DNA of 63,943 nucleotides, the filler included, from Nemertoderma westbladi (taxonomy: Eukaryota; Animalia; Xenacoelomorpha): assembly GCA_032718475.1 (NCBI GenBank). It is 3 parts of 3 records of this genome, joined end to end, with 100 filler letters (N's around TTAATTAATTAA, not from the genome) between each part and the next. Parts side by side here need not be neighbours in the genome. Positions count along the whole stretch, not along the records: positions 1 to 30,174 come from JAUCBJ010001031.1; 2 more parts are not named here. One strand, given 5' to 3'. Of the stretch, positions 14,201-27,555 are shown piece by piece. The position numbers and the translations under genes were made by a program. The notes below the pieces were generated by a model. That model searched no databases. It was given only the letters and a program-made list of their open reading frames with translations, and was not told the DNA's origin. The stretch's first letter is position 1. Every line of letters starts with the position of its first letter.

Positions 14201-15673
14201 TGTTTAGGTAAATGTACAACCGATATGTTTGTTTAGGTAAATGTACTACCGATATGTTTGTTTAGGTAAATGTACTACCGATATGTTTGTTTAGGTAAAT
14301 GTACAACCGATATGTTTGTTTAGGTAAATGTACAACCGATATGTTTGTTTAGGTAAATGTACTACCGATATGTTTGTTTAGGTAAATGTACTACCGATAT
14401 GTTTGTTTAGGTAAATGTACTACCGATATGTTTGTTTAGGTAAATGTACAACCGATATGTTTGTTTAGGTAAATGTACAACCGATATGTTTGTTTAGGTA
14501 AATGTACAACCGATATGTTTGTTTAGGTAAATGTACAACCGATATGTTTGTTTAGGTAAATGTACAACCGATATGTTTGTTTAGGTAAATGTACAACCGA
14601 TATGTTTGTTTAGGTAAATGTACTACCGATATGTTTGTTTAGGTAAATGTACAACCGATATGTTTGTTTAGGTAAATGTACAACCGATATGTTTGTTTAG
14701 GTAAATGTACTACCGATATGTTTGTTTAGTAAATGTACTACCGATATGTTTGTTTAGGTAAATGTACTACCGATATGTTTGTTTAGGTAAATGTACTACC
14801 GATATGTTTGTTTAGGTAAATGTACTACCGATATGTTTGTTTAGGTAAATGTACAACCGATATGTTTGTTTAGGTAAATGTACAACCGATATGTTTGTTT
14901 AGGTAAATGTACAACCGATATGTTTGTTTAGGTAAATGTACAACCGATATGTTTGTTTAGGTAAATGTACAACCGATATGTTTCTTTAGGTAAATGTACA
15001 ACCGATATGTTTGTTTAGGTAAATGTACAACCGATATGTTTGTTTAGGTAAATGTACAACCGATATGTTTGTTTAGGTAAATGTACTACCGATATGTTTG
15101 TTTAGGTAAATGTACTACCGATATGTTTGTTTAGGTAAATGTACTACCGATATGTTTGTTTAGGTAAATGTACAACCGATATGTTTGTTTAGGTAAATGT
15201 ACTACCGATATGTTTGTTTAGGTAAATGTACTACCGATATGTTTGTTTAGGTAAATGTACAACCGATATGTTTGTTTAGGTAAATGTACAACCGATATGT
15301 TTGTTTAGGTAAATGTACAACCGATATGTTTGTTTAGGTAAATGTACAACCGATATGTTTGTTTAGGTAAATGTACTACCGATATGTTTGTTTGGGTAAA
15401 TGTACAACCGATATGTTTGTTTAGGTAAATGTACAACCGATATGTTTGTTTAGGTAAATGTACAACCGATATGTTTGTTTAGGTAAATGTACTACCGATA
15501 TGTTTGTTTAGTTAAATGTACTACCGATATGTTTGTTTAGGTAAATGTACAACCGATATGTTTGTTTAGGTAAATGTACAACCGATATGTTTGTTTAGGT
15601 AAATGTACTACCGATATGTTTGTTTAGGTAAATGTACAACCGATATGTTTGTTTAGGTAAATGTACAACCGAT
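8204..15673 (+). repeat. 29-bp tandem array (~257 copies) of the ACO2 3' splice-site junction
   Basis: Unit GTAAATGTAC[A/T]ACCGAT-ATGTTTGTTTAG; the last copy runs directly into the aconitase exon (GKCTTDH). Confidence 0.98.
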
Positions 15674-15781
15674 CATATATCAGCTGCTGGGCCTTGGCTG
15701 AAATACCGCGGCCATCTGGACAACATATCTAACAACTTCTGTATTGGCGCCATAAATATAGAGAACGACCAAGCCAACAAG
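15657..15781 (+). CDS. ACO2: Mitochondrial aconitate hydratase, penultimate exon
   Basis: (G)[41 protein letters not shown], the aconitase swivel-domain motif; acceptor AG 15655-15656 (phase 1), first donor GTTAGT at 15782 (phase 0). Confidence 0.93.
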
Positions 15782-18700
15782 GTTAGTCGAAATACAGAGA
15801 ACGACCAAGCCAACAAGGTTAGTCGAAATATAGAGAACGACCATGCCAACAAGGTTAGTCGAAATATAGAGAACGACCAAGCCAACAAGGTTAGTCGAAA
15901 TATAGAGAACGACCAAGCCAACAAGGTTAGTCGAAATATAGAGAACGACCAAGCCAACAAGGTTAGTCGAAATACAGAGAACGACCAAGCAAACAAGGTT
16001 AGTCGAAATATAGAGAACGACCAAGCAAACAAGGTTAGTCGAAATATAGAGAACGACCAAGCAAACAAGGTTAGTCGAAATATAGAGAACGACCAAGCAA
16101 ACAAGGTTAGTCGAAATATAGAGAACGACCATGCCAACAAGGTTAGTCGAAATATAGAGAACGACCAAGCCAACAAGGTTAGTCGAAATACAGAGAACGA
16201 CCAAGCAAACAAGGTTAGTCGAAATATAGTGAACGACCAAGCCAACAAGGTTAGTCGAAATATAGAGAACGACCATGCCAACAAGGTTAGTCGAAATATA
16301 GAGAACGACCAAGCAAACAAGGTTAGTCGAAATATAGAGAACGACCAAGCCAACAAGGTTAGTCGAAATATAGAGAACGACCAAGCCAACAAGGTTAGTC
16401 GAAATATAGAGAACGACCAAGCCAACAAGGTTAGTCGAAATACAGAGAACGACCAAGCAAACAAGGTTAGTCGAAATATAGAGAACGACCAAGCAAACAA
16501 GGTTAGTCGAAATATAGAGAACGACCAAGCAAACAAGGTTAGTCGAAATATAGAGAACGACCAAGCAAACAAGGTTAGTCGAAATATAGAGAACGACCAT
16601 GCCAACAAGGTTAGTCGAAATATAGAGAGCGACCAAGCAAACAAGGTTAGTCGAAATATAGAGAACGACCAAGCAAACAAGGTTAGTCGAAATATAGAGA
16701 ACGACCAAGCCAACAAGGTTAGTCGAAATATAGAGAACGACCAAGCCAACAAGGTTAGTCGAAATATAGAGAACGACCAAGCCAACAAGGTTAGTCGAAA
16801 TATAGAGAACGACCAAGCCAACAAGGTTAGTCGAAATATAGAGAACGACCAAGCAAACAAGGTTAGTCGAAATATAGAGAACGACCAAGCAAACAAGGTT
16901 GGTCGAAATATAGAGAACGACCAAGCAAACAAGGTTAGTCGAAATATAGAGAACGACCAAGCAAACAAGGTTAGTCGAAATATAGAGAACGACCAAGCAA
17001 ACAAGGTTAGTCAAAATATAGAGAACGACCATGCCAACAAGGTTAGTCGAAATATAGAGAACGACCATGCCAACAAGGTTAGTCGAAATTTAGAGAACGA
17101 CCATGCCAACAAGGTTAGTCGAAATATAGAGAACGACCAAGCAAACAAGGTTAGTCGAAATATAGAGAACGACCATGCCAACAAGGTTAGTCGAAATATA
17201 GAGAGCGACCAAGCAAACAAGGTTAGTCGAAATATAGAGAACGACCAAGCAAACAAGGTTGGTCGAAATATAGAGAACGACCAAGCAAACAAGGTTAGTC
17301 GAAATATAGAGAACGACCAAGCAAACAAGGTTAGTCGAAATATAGAGAGCGACCAAGCAAACAAGGTTAGTCGAAATATAGAGAACGACCAAGCAAACAA
17401 GGTTAGTCGAAATATAGAGAACGACCAAGCAAACAAGGTTAGTCGAAATATAGAGAGCGACCAAGCAAACAAGGTTAGTCGAAATATAGAGAACGACCAA
17501 GCAAACAAGGTTGGTCGAAATATAGAGAACGACCAAGCAAACAAGGTTAGTCGAAATATAGAGAACGACCAAGCAAACAAGGTTAGTCGAAATATAGAGA
17601 ACGACCAAGCAAACAAGGTTAGTCGAAATATAGAGAACGACCATGCCAACAAGGTTAGTCGAAATATAGAGAACGACCAAGCCAACAAGGTTAGTCGAAA
17701 TATAGAGAACGACCAAGCCAACAAGGTTAGTCGAAATATAGAGAACGACCAAGCAAACAAGGTTAGTCGAAATATAGAGAACGACCAAGCAAACAAGGTT
17801 AGTCGAAATATAGAGAGCGACCAAGCAAACAAGGTTAGTCGAAATATAGAGAACGACCAAGCAAACAAGGTTGGTCGAAATATAGAGAACGACCAAGCAA
17901 ACAAGGTTAGTCGAAATATAGAGAACGACCAAGCAAACAAGGTTAGTCGAAATATAGAGAACGACCAAGCAAACAAGGTTAGTCGAAATATAGAGAACGA
18001 CCATGCCAACAAGGTTAGTCGAAATATAGAGAACGACCATGCCAACAAGGTTAGTCGAAATTTAGAGAACGACCATGCCAACAAGGTTAGTCGAAATATA
18101 GAGAACGACCATGCAAACAAGGTTAGTCGAAATATAGAGAACGACCATGCCAACAAGGTTAGTCGAAATATAGAGAGCGACCAAGCAAACAAGGTTAGTC
18201 GAAATATAGAGAACGACCAAGCAAACAAAGTTGGTCGAAATATAGAGAACGACCAAGCAAACAAGGTTAGTCGAAATATAGAGAACGACCATGCCAACAA
18301 GGTTAGTCGAAATATAGAGAACGACCAAGCAAACAAGGTTAGTCGAAATATAGAGAACGACCATGCCAACAAGGTTAGTCGAAATATAGAGAACGACCAA
18401 GCAAACAAGGTTAGTCGAAATATAGAGAACGACCATGCCAACAAGGTTAGTCGAAATATAGAGAACGACCATGCCAACAAGGTTAGTCGAAATATAGAGA
18501 ACGACCAAGCAAACAAGGTTAGTCGAAATATAGAGAACGACCAAGCCAATAAGGTTAGTCGAAATATAGAGAACGACCAAGCAAACAAGGTTAGTCGAAA
18601 TTTAGAGAACGACCATGCCAACAAGGTTAGTCGAAATATAGAGAACGACTAAGCAAACAAGGTTAGTCGAAATATAGAGAACGACCAAGCAAACAAGGTT

Positions 18701-21700
18701 AGTCGAAATATAGAGAACGACCAAGCCAATAAGGTTAGTCGAAATATAGAGAACGACCAAGCAAACAAGGTTAGTCGAAATATAGAGAACGACCAAGCAA
18801 ACAAGGTTAGTCGAAATATAGAGAACGACCAAGCAAACAAGGTTAGTCGAAATATAGAGAACGACCAAGCAAACAAGGTTAGTCGAAATATAGAGAACGA
18901 CCAAGCCAACAAGGTTAGTCGAAATATAGAGAACGACCAAGCCAACAAGGTTAGTCGAAATATAGAGAACGACCAAGCCAACAAGGTTAGTCGAAATATA
19001 GAGAACGACCAAGCAAACAAGGTTAGTCGAAATATAGAGAACGACCAAGCAAACAAGGTTAGTCGAAATATAGAGAACGACCAAGCCAACAAGGTTAGTC
19101 GAAATATAGAGAACGACCAGCCAACAAGGTTAGTCGAAATATAGAGAACGACCAGCCAACAAGGTTAGTCGAAATATAGAGAACGACCAAGCAAACAAGG
19201 TTAGTCGAAATATAGAGAACGACCAAGCCAACAAGGTTAGTCGAAATATAGAGAACGACCAAGCAAACAAGGTTAGTCGAAATATAGAGAACGACCAAGC
19301 AAACAAGGTTAGTCGAAATATAGAGAACGACCAAGCAAACAAGGTTAGTCGAAATATAGAGAACGACCAAGCCAACAAGGTTAGTCGAAATATAGAGAAC
19401 GACCAAGCAAACAAGGTTAGTCGAAATATAGAGAACGACCAAGCAAACAAGGTTAGTCGAAATATAGAGAACGACCAAGCAAACAAGGTTAGTCGAAATA
19501 TAGAGAACGACCAAGCCAACAAGGTTAGTCGAAATATAGAGAACGACCAAGCAAACAAGGTTAGTCGAAATATAGAGAACGACCAAGCAAACAAGGTTAG
19601 TCGAAATATAGAGAACGACCAAGCCAATAAGGTTAGTCGAAATATAGAGAACGACCAAGCAAACAAGGTTAGTCGAAATATAGAGAACGACCAAGCAAAC
19701 AAGGTTAGTCGAAATATAGAGAACGACCAAGCAAACAAGGTTAGTCGAAATATAGAGAACGACCAAGCAAACAAGGTTAGTCGAAATATAGAGAACGACC
19801 AAGCCAACAAGGTTAGTCGAAATATAGAGAACGACCAAGCAAACAAGGTTAGTCGAAATATAGAGAACGACCAAGCAAACAAGGTTAGTCGAAATATAGA
19901 GAACGACCAAGCAAACAAGGTTAGTCGAAATATAGAGAACGACCAAGCCAACAAGGTTAGTCGAAATATAGAGAACGACCAAGCAAACAAGGTTAGTCGA
20001 AATATAGAGAACGACCAAGCCAACAAGGTTAGTCGAAATATAGAGAACGACCAAGCAAACAAGGTTAGTCGAAATATAGAGAACGACCAAGCAAACAAGG
20101 TTAGTCGAAATATAGAGAACGACCAAGCCAACAAGGTTAGTCGAAATATAGAGAACGACCAAGCAAACAAGGTTAGTCGAAATATAGAGAACGACCAAGC
20201 AAACAAGGTTAGTCGAAATATAGAGAACGACCAAGCAAACAAGGTTAGTCGAAATATAGAGAACGACCAAGCAAACAAGGTTAGTCGAAATATAGAGAAC
20301 GACCAAGCAAACAAGGTTAGTCGAAATATAGAGAACGACCAAGCAAACAAGGTTAGTCGAAATATAGAGAACGACCAAGCAAACAAGGTTAGTCGAAATA
20401 TAGAGAACGACCAAGCAAACAAGGTTAGTCGAAATATAGAGAACGACCAAGCAAACAAGGTTAGTCGAAATATAGAGAACGACCAAGCCAACAAGGTTAG
20501 TCGAAATATAGAGAACGACCAAGCAAACAAGGTTAGTCGAAATATAGAGAACGACCAAGCAAACAAGGTTAGTCGAAATATAGAGAACGACCAAGCCAAC
20601 AAGGTTAGTCGAAATATAGAGAACGACCAAGCAAACAAGGTTAGTCGAAATATAGAGAACGACCAAGCAAACAAGGTTAGTCGAAATATAGAGAACGACC
20701 AAGCAAACAAGGTTAGTCGAAATATAGAGAACGACCAAGCAAACAAGGTTAGTCGAAATATAGAGAACGACCAAGCAAACAAGGTTAGTCGAAATATAGA
20801 GAACGACCAAGCAAACAAGGTTAGTCGAAATATAGAGAACGACCAAGCAAACAAGGTTAGTCGAAATATAGAGAACGACCAAGCAAACAAGGTTAGTCGA
20901 AATATAGAGAACGACCAAGCAAACAAGGTTAGTCGAAATATAGAGAACGACCAAGCAAACAAGGTTAGTCGAAATATAGAGAACGACCAAGCAAACAAGG
21001 TTAGTCGAAATATAGAGAACGACCAAGCAAACAAGGTTAGTCGAAATATAGAGAACGACCAAGCAAACAAGGTTAGTCGAAATATAGAGAACGACCAAGC
21101 AAACAAGGTTAGTCGAAATATAGAGAACGACCAAGCAAACAAGGTTAGTCGAAATATAGAGAACGACCAAGCAAACAAGGTTAGTCGAAATATAGAGAAC
21201 GACCAAGCAAACAAGGTTAGTCGAAATATAGAGAACGACCAAGCAAACAAGGTTAGTCGAAATATAGAGAACGACCAAGCAAACAAGGTTAGTCGAAATA
21301 TAGAGAACGACCAAGCCAACAAGGTTAGTCGAAATATAGAGAACGACCAAGCAAACAAGGTTAGTCGAAATATAGAGAACGACCAAGCAAACAAGGTTAG
21401 TCGAAATATAGAGAACGACCAAGCAAACAAGGTTAGTCGAAATATAGAGAACGACCAAGCAAACAAGGTTAGTCGAAATATAGAGAACGACCAAGCAAAC
21501 AAGGTTAGTCGAAATATAGAGAACGACCAAGCCAACAAGGTTAGTCGAAATATAGAGAACGACCAAGCAAACAAGGTTAGTCGAAATATAGAGAACGACC
21601 AAGCAAACAAGGTTAGTCGAAATATAGAGAACGACCAAGCAAACAAGGTTAGTCGAAATATAGAGAACGACCAAGCAAACAAGGTTAGTCGAAATATAGA

Positions 21701-24700
21701 GAACGACCAAGCAAACAAGGTTAGTCGAAATATAGAGAACGACCAAGCAAACAAGGTTAGTCGAAATATAGAGAACGACCAAGCAAACAAGGTTAGTCGA
21801 AATATAGAGAACGACCAAGCAAACAAGGTTAGTCGAAATATAGAGAACGACCAAGCCAACAAGGTTAGTCGAAATATAGAGAACGACCAAGCAAACAAGG
21901 TTAGTCGAAATATAGAGAACGACCAAGCAAACAAGGTTAGTCGAAATATAGAGAACGACCAAGCCAACAAGGTTAGTCGAAATATAGAGAACGACCAAGC
22001 AAACAAGGTTAGTCGAAATATAGAGAACGACCAAGCAAACAAGGTTAGTCGAAATATAGAGAACGACCAAGCAAACAAGGTTAGTCGAAATATAGAGAAC
22101 GACCAAGCAAACAAGGTTAGTCGAAATATAGAGAACGACCAAGCAAACAAGGTTAGTCGAAATATAGAGAACGACCAAGCAAACAAGGTTAGTCGAAATA
22201 TAGAGAACGACCAAGCAAACAAGGTTAGTCGAAATATAGAGAACGACCAAGCCAACAAGGTTAGTCGAAATATAGAGAACGACCAAGCCAACAAGGTTAG
22301 TCGAAATATAGAGAACGACCAAGCAAACAAGGTTAGTCGAAATATAGAGAACGACCAAGCAAACAAGGTTAGTCGAAATATAGAGAACGACCAAGCAAAC
22401 AAGGTTAGTCGAAATATAGAGAACGACCAAGCAAACAAGGTTAGTCGAAATATAGAGAACGACCAAGCAAACAAGGTTAGTCGAAATATAGAGAACGACC
22501 AAGCAAACAAGGTTAGTCGAAATATAGAGAACGACCAAGCAAACAAGGTTAGTCGAAATATAGAGAACGACCAAGCAAACAAGGTTAGTCGAAATATAGA
22601 GAACGACCAAGCAAACAAGGTTAGTCGAAATATAGAGAACGACCAAGCAAACAAGGTTAGTCGAAATATAGAGAACGACCAAGCAAACAAGGTTAGTCGA
22701 AATATAGAGAACGACCAAGCCAACAAGGTTAGTCGAAATATAGAGAACGACCAAGCAAACAAGGTTAGTCGAAATATAGAGAACGACCAAGCAAACAAGG
22801 TTAGTCGAAATATAGAGAACGACCAAGCCAACAAGGTTAGTCGAAATATAGAGAACGACCAAGCAAACAAGGTTAGTCGAAATATAGAGAACGACCAAGC
22901 AAACAAGGTTAGTCGAAATATAGAGAACGACCAAGCCAACAAGGTTAGTCGAAATATAGAGAACGACCAAGCCAACAAGGTTAGTCGAAATATAGAGAAC
23001 GACCAAGCAAACAAGGTTAGTCGAAATATAGAGAACGACCAAGCAAACAAGGTTAGTCGAAATATAGAGAACGACCAAGCAAACAAGGTTAGTCGAAATA
23101 TAGAGAACGACCAAGCAAACAAGGTTAGTCGAAATATAGAGAACGACCAAGCCAACAAGGTTAGTCGAAATATAGAGAACGACCAAGCAAACAAGGTTAG
23201 TCGAAATATAGAGAACGACCAAGCAAACAAGGTTAGTCGAAATATAGAGAACGACCAAGCAAACAAGGTTAGTCGAAATATAGAGAACGACCAAGCAAAC
23301 AAGGTTAGTCGAAATATAGAGAACGACCAAGCCAACAAGGTTAGTCGAAATATAGAGAACGACCACGCAAACAAGGTTAGTCGAAATATAGAGAACGACC
23401 AAGCAAACAAGGTTAGTCGAAATATAGAGAACGACCAAGCCAACAAGGTTAGTCGAAATATAGAGAACGACCAAGCAAACAAGGTTAGTCGAAATATAGA
23501 GAACGACCAAGCAAACAAGGTTAGTCGAAATATAGAGAACGACCAAGCCAACAAGGTTAGTCGAAATATAGAGAACGACCAAGCCAACAAGGTTAGTCGA
23601 AATATAGAGAACGACCAAGCCAACAAGGTTAGTCGAAATATAGAGAACGACCATGCCAACAAGGTTAGTCGAAATATAGAGAACGACCAAGCAAACAAGG
23701 TTAGTCGAAATATAGAGAACGACCAAGCCAACAAGGTTAGTCGAAATATAGAGAACGACCAAGCAAACAAGGTTAGTCGAAATATAGAGAACGACCAAGC
23801 AAACAAGGTTAGTCGAAATATAGAGAACGACCAAGCCAACAAGGTTAGTCGAAATATAGAGAACGACCAAGCAAACAAGGTTAGTCGAAATATAGAGAAC
23901 GACCAAGCCAACAAGGTTAGTCGAAATATAGAGAACGACCAAGCCAACAAGGTTAGTCGAAATTTAGAGAACGACCATGCCAACAAGGTTAGTCGAAATA
24001 TAGAGAACGACCAAGCAAACAAGGTTAGTCGAAATATAGAGAACGACCAAGCCAACAAGGTTAGTCGAAATATAGAGAACGACCAAGCAAACAAGGTTAG
24101 TCGAAATATAGAGAACGACCAAGCCAACAAGGTTAGTCGAAATATAGAGAACGACCACGCAAACAAGGTTAGTCGAAATATAGAGAACGACCAAGCAAAC
24201 AAGGTTAGTCGAAATATAGAGAACGACCAAGCCAACAATGTTAGTCGAAATATAGAGAACGACCAAGCCAACAAGGTTAGTCGAAATATAGAGAACGACC
24301 ATGCCAACAAGGTTAGTCGAAATATAGAGAGCGACCAAGCAAACAAGGTTAGTCGAAATATAGAGAACGACCAAGCAAACAAGGTTGGTCGAAATATAGA
24401 GAACGACCAAGCCAACAAGGTTAGTCGAAATATAGAGAACGACCAAGCCAACAATGTTAGTCGAAATATAGAGAGCGACCAAGCAAACAAGGTTAGTCGA
24501 AATGTAGAGAACGACCAAGCAAACAAGGTTAGTCGAAATATAGAGAACGACCAAGCCAACAAGGTTAGTCGAAATATAGAGAACGACCAAGCAAACAAGG
24601 TTAGTCGAAATATAGAGAACGACCAAGCCAACAAGGTTAGTCGAAATATAGAGAACGACCAAGCAAACAAGGTTAGTCGAAATATAGAGAACGACCAAGC

Positions 24701-27206
24701 CAACAAGGTTAGTCGAAATATAGAGAACGACCACGCAAACAAGGTTAGTCGAAATATAGAGAACGACCAAGCAAACAAGGTTAGTCGAAATATAGAGAAC
24801 GACCAAGCAAACAAGGTTAGTCGAAATATAGAGAACGACCAAGCAAACAAGGTTAGTCGAAATATAGAGAACGACCAAGCCAACAAGGTTAGTCGAAATA
24901 TAGAGAACGACCACGCAAACAAGGTTAGTCGAAATATAGAGAACGACCACGCAAACAAGGTTAGTCGAAATATAGAGAACGACCAAGCCAACAAGGTTAG
25001 TCGAAATATAGAGAACGACCAAGCCAACAAGGTTAGTCGAAATATAGAGAACGACCAAGCCAACAAGGTTAGTCGAAATATAGAGAACGACCAAGCCAAC
25101 AAGGTTAGTCGAAATATAGAGAACGACCAAGCCAACAAGGTTAGTCGAAATATAGAGAACGACCAAGCAAACAAGGTTAGTCGAAATATAGAGAACGACC
25201 AAGCAAACAAGGTTAGTCGAAATATAGAGAACGACCAAGCAAACAAGGTTAGTCGAAATATAGAGAACGACCAAGCAAACAAGGTTAGTCGAAATATAGA
25301 GAACGACCATGCCAACAAGGTTAGTCGAAATATAGAGAGCGACCAAGCAAACAAGGTTAGTCGAAATATAGAGAACGACCAAGCAAACAAGGTTGGTCGA
25401 AATATAGAGAACGACCAAGCCAACAAGGTTAGTCGAAATATAGAGAACGACCAAGCCAACAAGGTTAGTCGAAATATAGAGAACGACCAAGCAAACAAGG
25501 TTAGTCGAAATATAGAGAACGACCAAGCCAACAAGGTTAGTCGAAATATAGAGAACGACCAAGCCAACAAGGTTAGTCGAAATATAGAGAACGACCAAGC
25601 CAACAAGGTTAGTCGAAATATAGAGAACGACCAAGCAAACAAGGTTAGTCGAAATATAGAGAACGACCAAGCCAACAAGGTTAGTCGAAATATAGAGAAC
25701 GACCATGCCAACAAGGTTAGTCGAAATATAGAGAACGACCAAGCAAACAAGGTTAGTCGAAATATAGAGAACGACCAAGCCAACAAGGTTAGTCGAAATA
25801 TAGAGAACGACCAAGCAAACAAGGTTAGTCGAAATATAGAGAACGACCACGCAAACAAGGTTAGTCGAAATATAGAGAACGACCAAGCAAACAAGGTTAG
25901 TCGAAATATAGAGAACGACCAAGCAAACAAGGTTAGTCGAAATATAGAGAACGACCATGCCAACAAGGTTAGTCGAAATATAGAGAACGACCAAGCAAAC
26001 AAGGTTAGTCGAAATATAGAGAACGACCAAGCAAACAAGGTTAGTCGAAATATAGAGAACGACCAAGCCAACAAGGTTAGTCGAAATATAGAGAGCGACC
26101 AAGCAAACAAGGTTAGTCGAAATATAGAGAACGACCAAGCAAACAAGGTTGGTCGAAATATAGAGAACGACCAAGCAAACAAGGTTAGTCGAAATATAGA
26201 GAACGACCAAGCCAACAATGTTAGTCGAAATATAGAGAACGACCAAGCAAACAAGGTTAGTCGAAATATAGAGAACGACCAAGCCAACAAGGTTAGTCGA
26301 AATATAGAGAACGACCAAGCCAACAAGGTTAGTCGAAATATAGAGAACGACCAAGCCAACAATGTTAGTCGAAATATAGAGAACGACCAAGCAAACAAGG
26401 TTAGTCGAAATATAGAGAACGACCAAGCCAACAAGGTTAGTCGAAATATAGAGAACGACCATGCCAACAAGGTTAGTCGAAATATAGAGAACGACCAAGC
26501 AAACAAGGTTAGTCGAAATATAGAGAACGACCAAGCCAACAAGGTTAGTCGAAATATAGAGAACGACCAAGCCAACAATGTTAGTCGAAATATAGAGAAC
26601 GACCAAGCCAACAATGTTAGTCGAAATATAGAGAACGACCAAGCAAACAAGGTTAGTCGAAATATAGAGAACGACCAAGCAAACAAGGTTAGTCGAAATA
26701 TAGAGAACGACCAAGCAAACAAGGTTAGTCGAAATATAGAGAACGACCAAGCCAACAAGGTTAGTCGAAATATAGAGAACGACCAAGCAAACAAGGTTAG
26801 TCGAAATATAGAGAACGACCAAGCCAACAAGGTTAGTCGAAATATAGAGAGCGACCAAGCAAACAAGGTTAGTCGAAATATAGAGAACGACCAAGCAAAC
26901 AAGGTTAGTCGAAATATAGAGAACGACCAAGCCAACAAGGTTAGTCGAAATATAGAGAACGACCAAGCAAACAAGGTTAGTCGAAATATAGAGAACGACC
27001 AAGCAAACAAGGTTAGTCGAAATATAGATAACGACCAAGCCAACAAGGTTAGTCGAAATATAGAGAACGACCAAGCCAACAGGGTTAGTCGAAATATAGA
27101 GAACGACCAAGCAAACAAGGTTAGTCGAAATATAGAGAACGACCAAGCAAACAAGGTTAGTCGAAATATAGATAACGACCAAGCCAACAAGGTTAGTCGA
27201 AATATA
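15754..27206 (+). repeat. 36-bp tandem array (~318 copies) of the ACO2 5' splice-site junction
   Basis: Unit ATAGAGAACGACCAAGC[A/C]AACAAG|GTTAGTCGAAAT; the first copy is the true exon end. Confidence 0.98.
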
Positions 27207-27269
27207 AAGAAGGAACTAAAGTAAAAAGGTGTTGTCGAAGTAGAGAATGAATCACTTGATTTAATTTAT

Positions 27270-27425
27270 AATATCAATTTATAAACATATGTTATATATT
27301 TATATATTTATTATTATTATTATTTTATTTATATAATATATATATATATAATATTAATATAATAATATTATAATATTAATATAATAATATAATAATATTA
27401 ATATTATTATTATTTATATATATTT
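27270..27425. repeat. AT-only low-complexity tract
   Basis: TAT/ATA/TAA simple repeats with almost no G or C. Confidence 0.8.
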
Positions 27426-27555
27426 CCTACCAGCTACAGTTATGTTGAACAGTTAGCCGAAGCCGGAGGCGACCCAATGGCTCCTCCTTTCGATAGCTGC
27501 TACTCCTATCCCTTGTTTTCCTATCTCCTTGTTTTCTATCTTCCTATCTAGGCGC

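Noticed and set aside
15632-27190. Giant ORFs (1006, 1615, 2686 aa and others) on both strands
   Set aside because: By-products of a stop-free 36-bp repeat; only 15657-15781 has protein homology
8204-27206. CRISPR-like arrays (29- and 36-bp repeats)
   Set aside because: Units are head-to-tail with no unique spacers, there are no cas genes, and the context is eukaryotic
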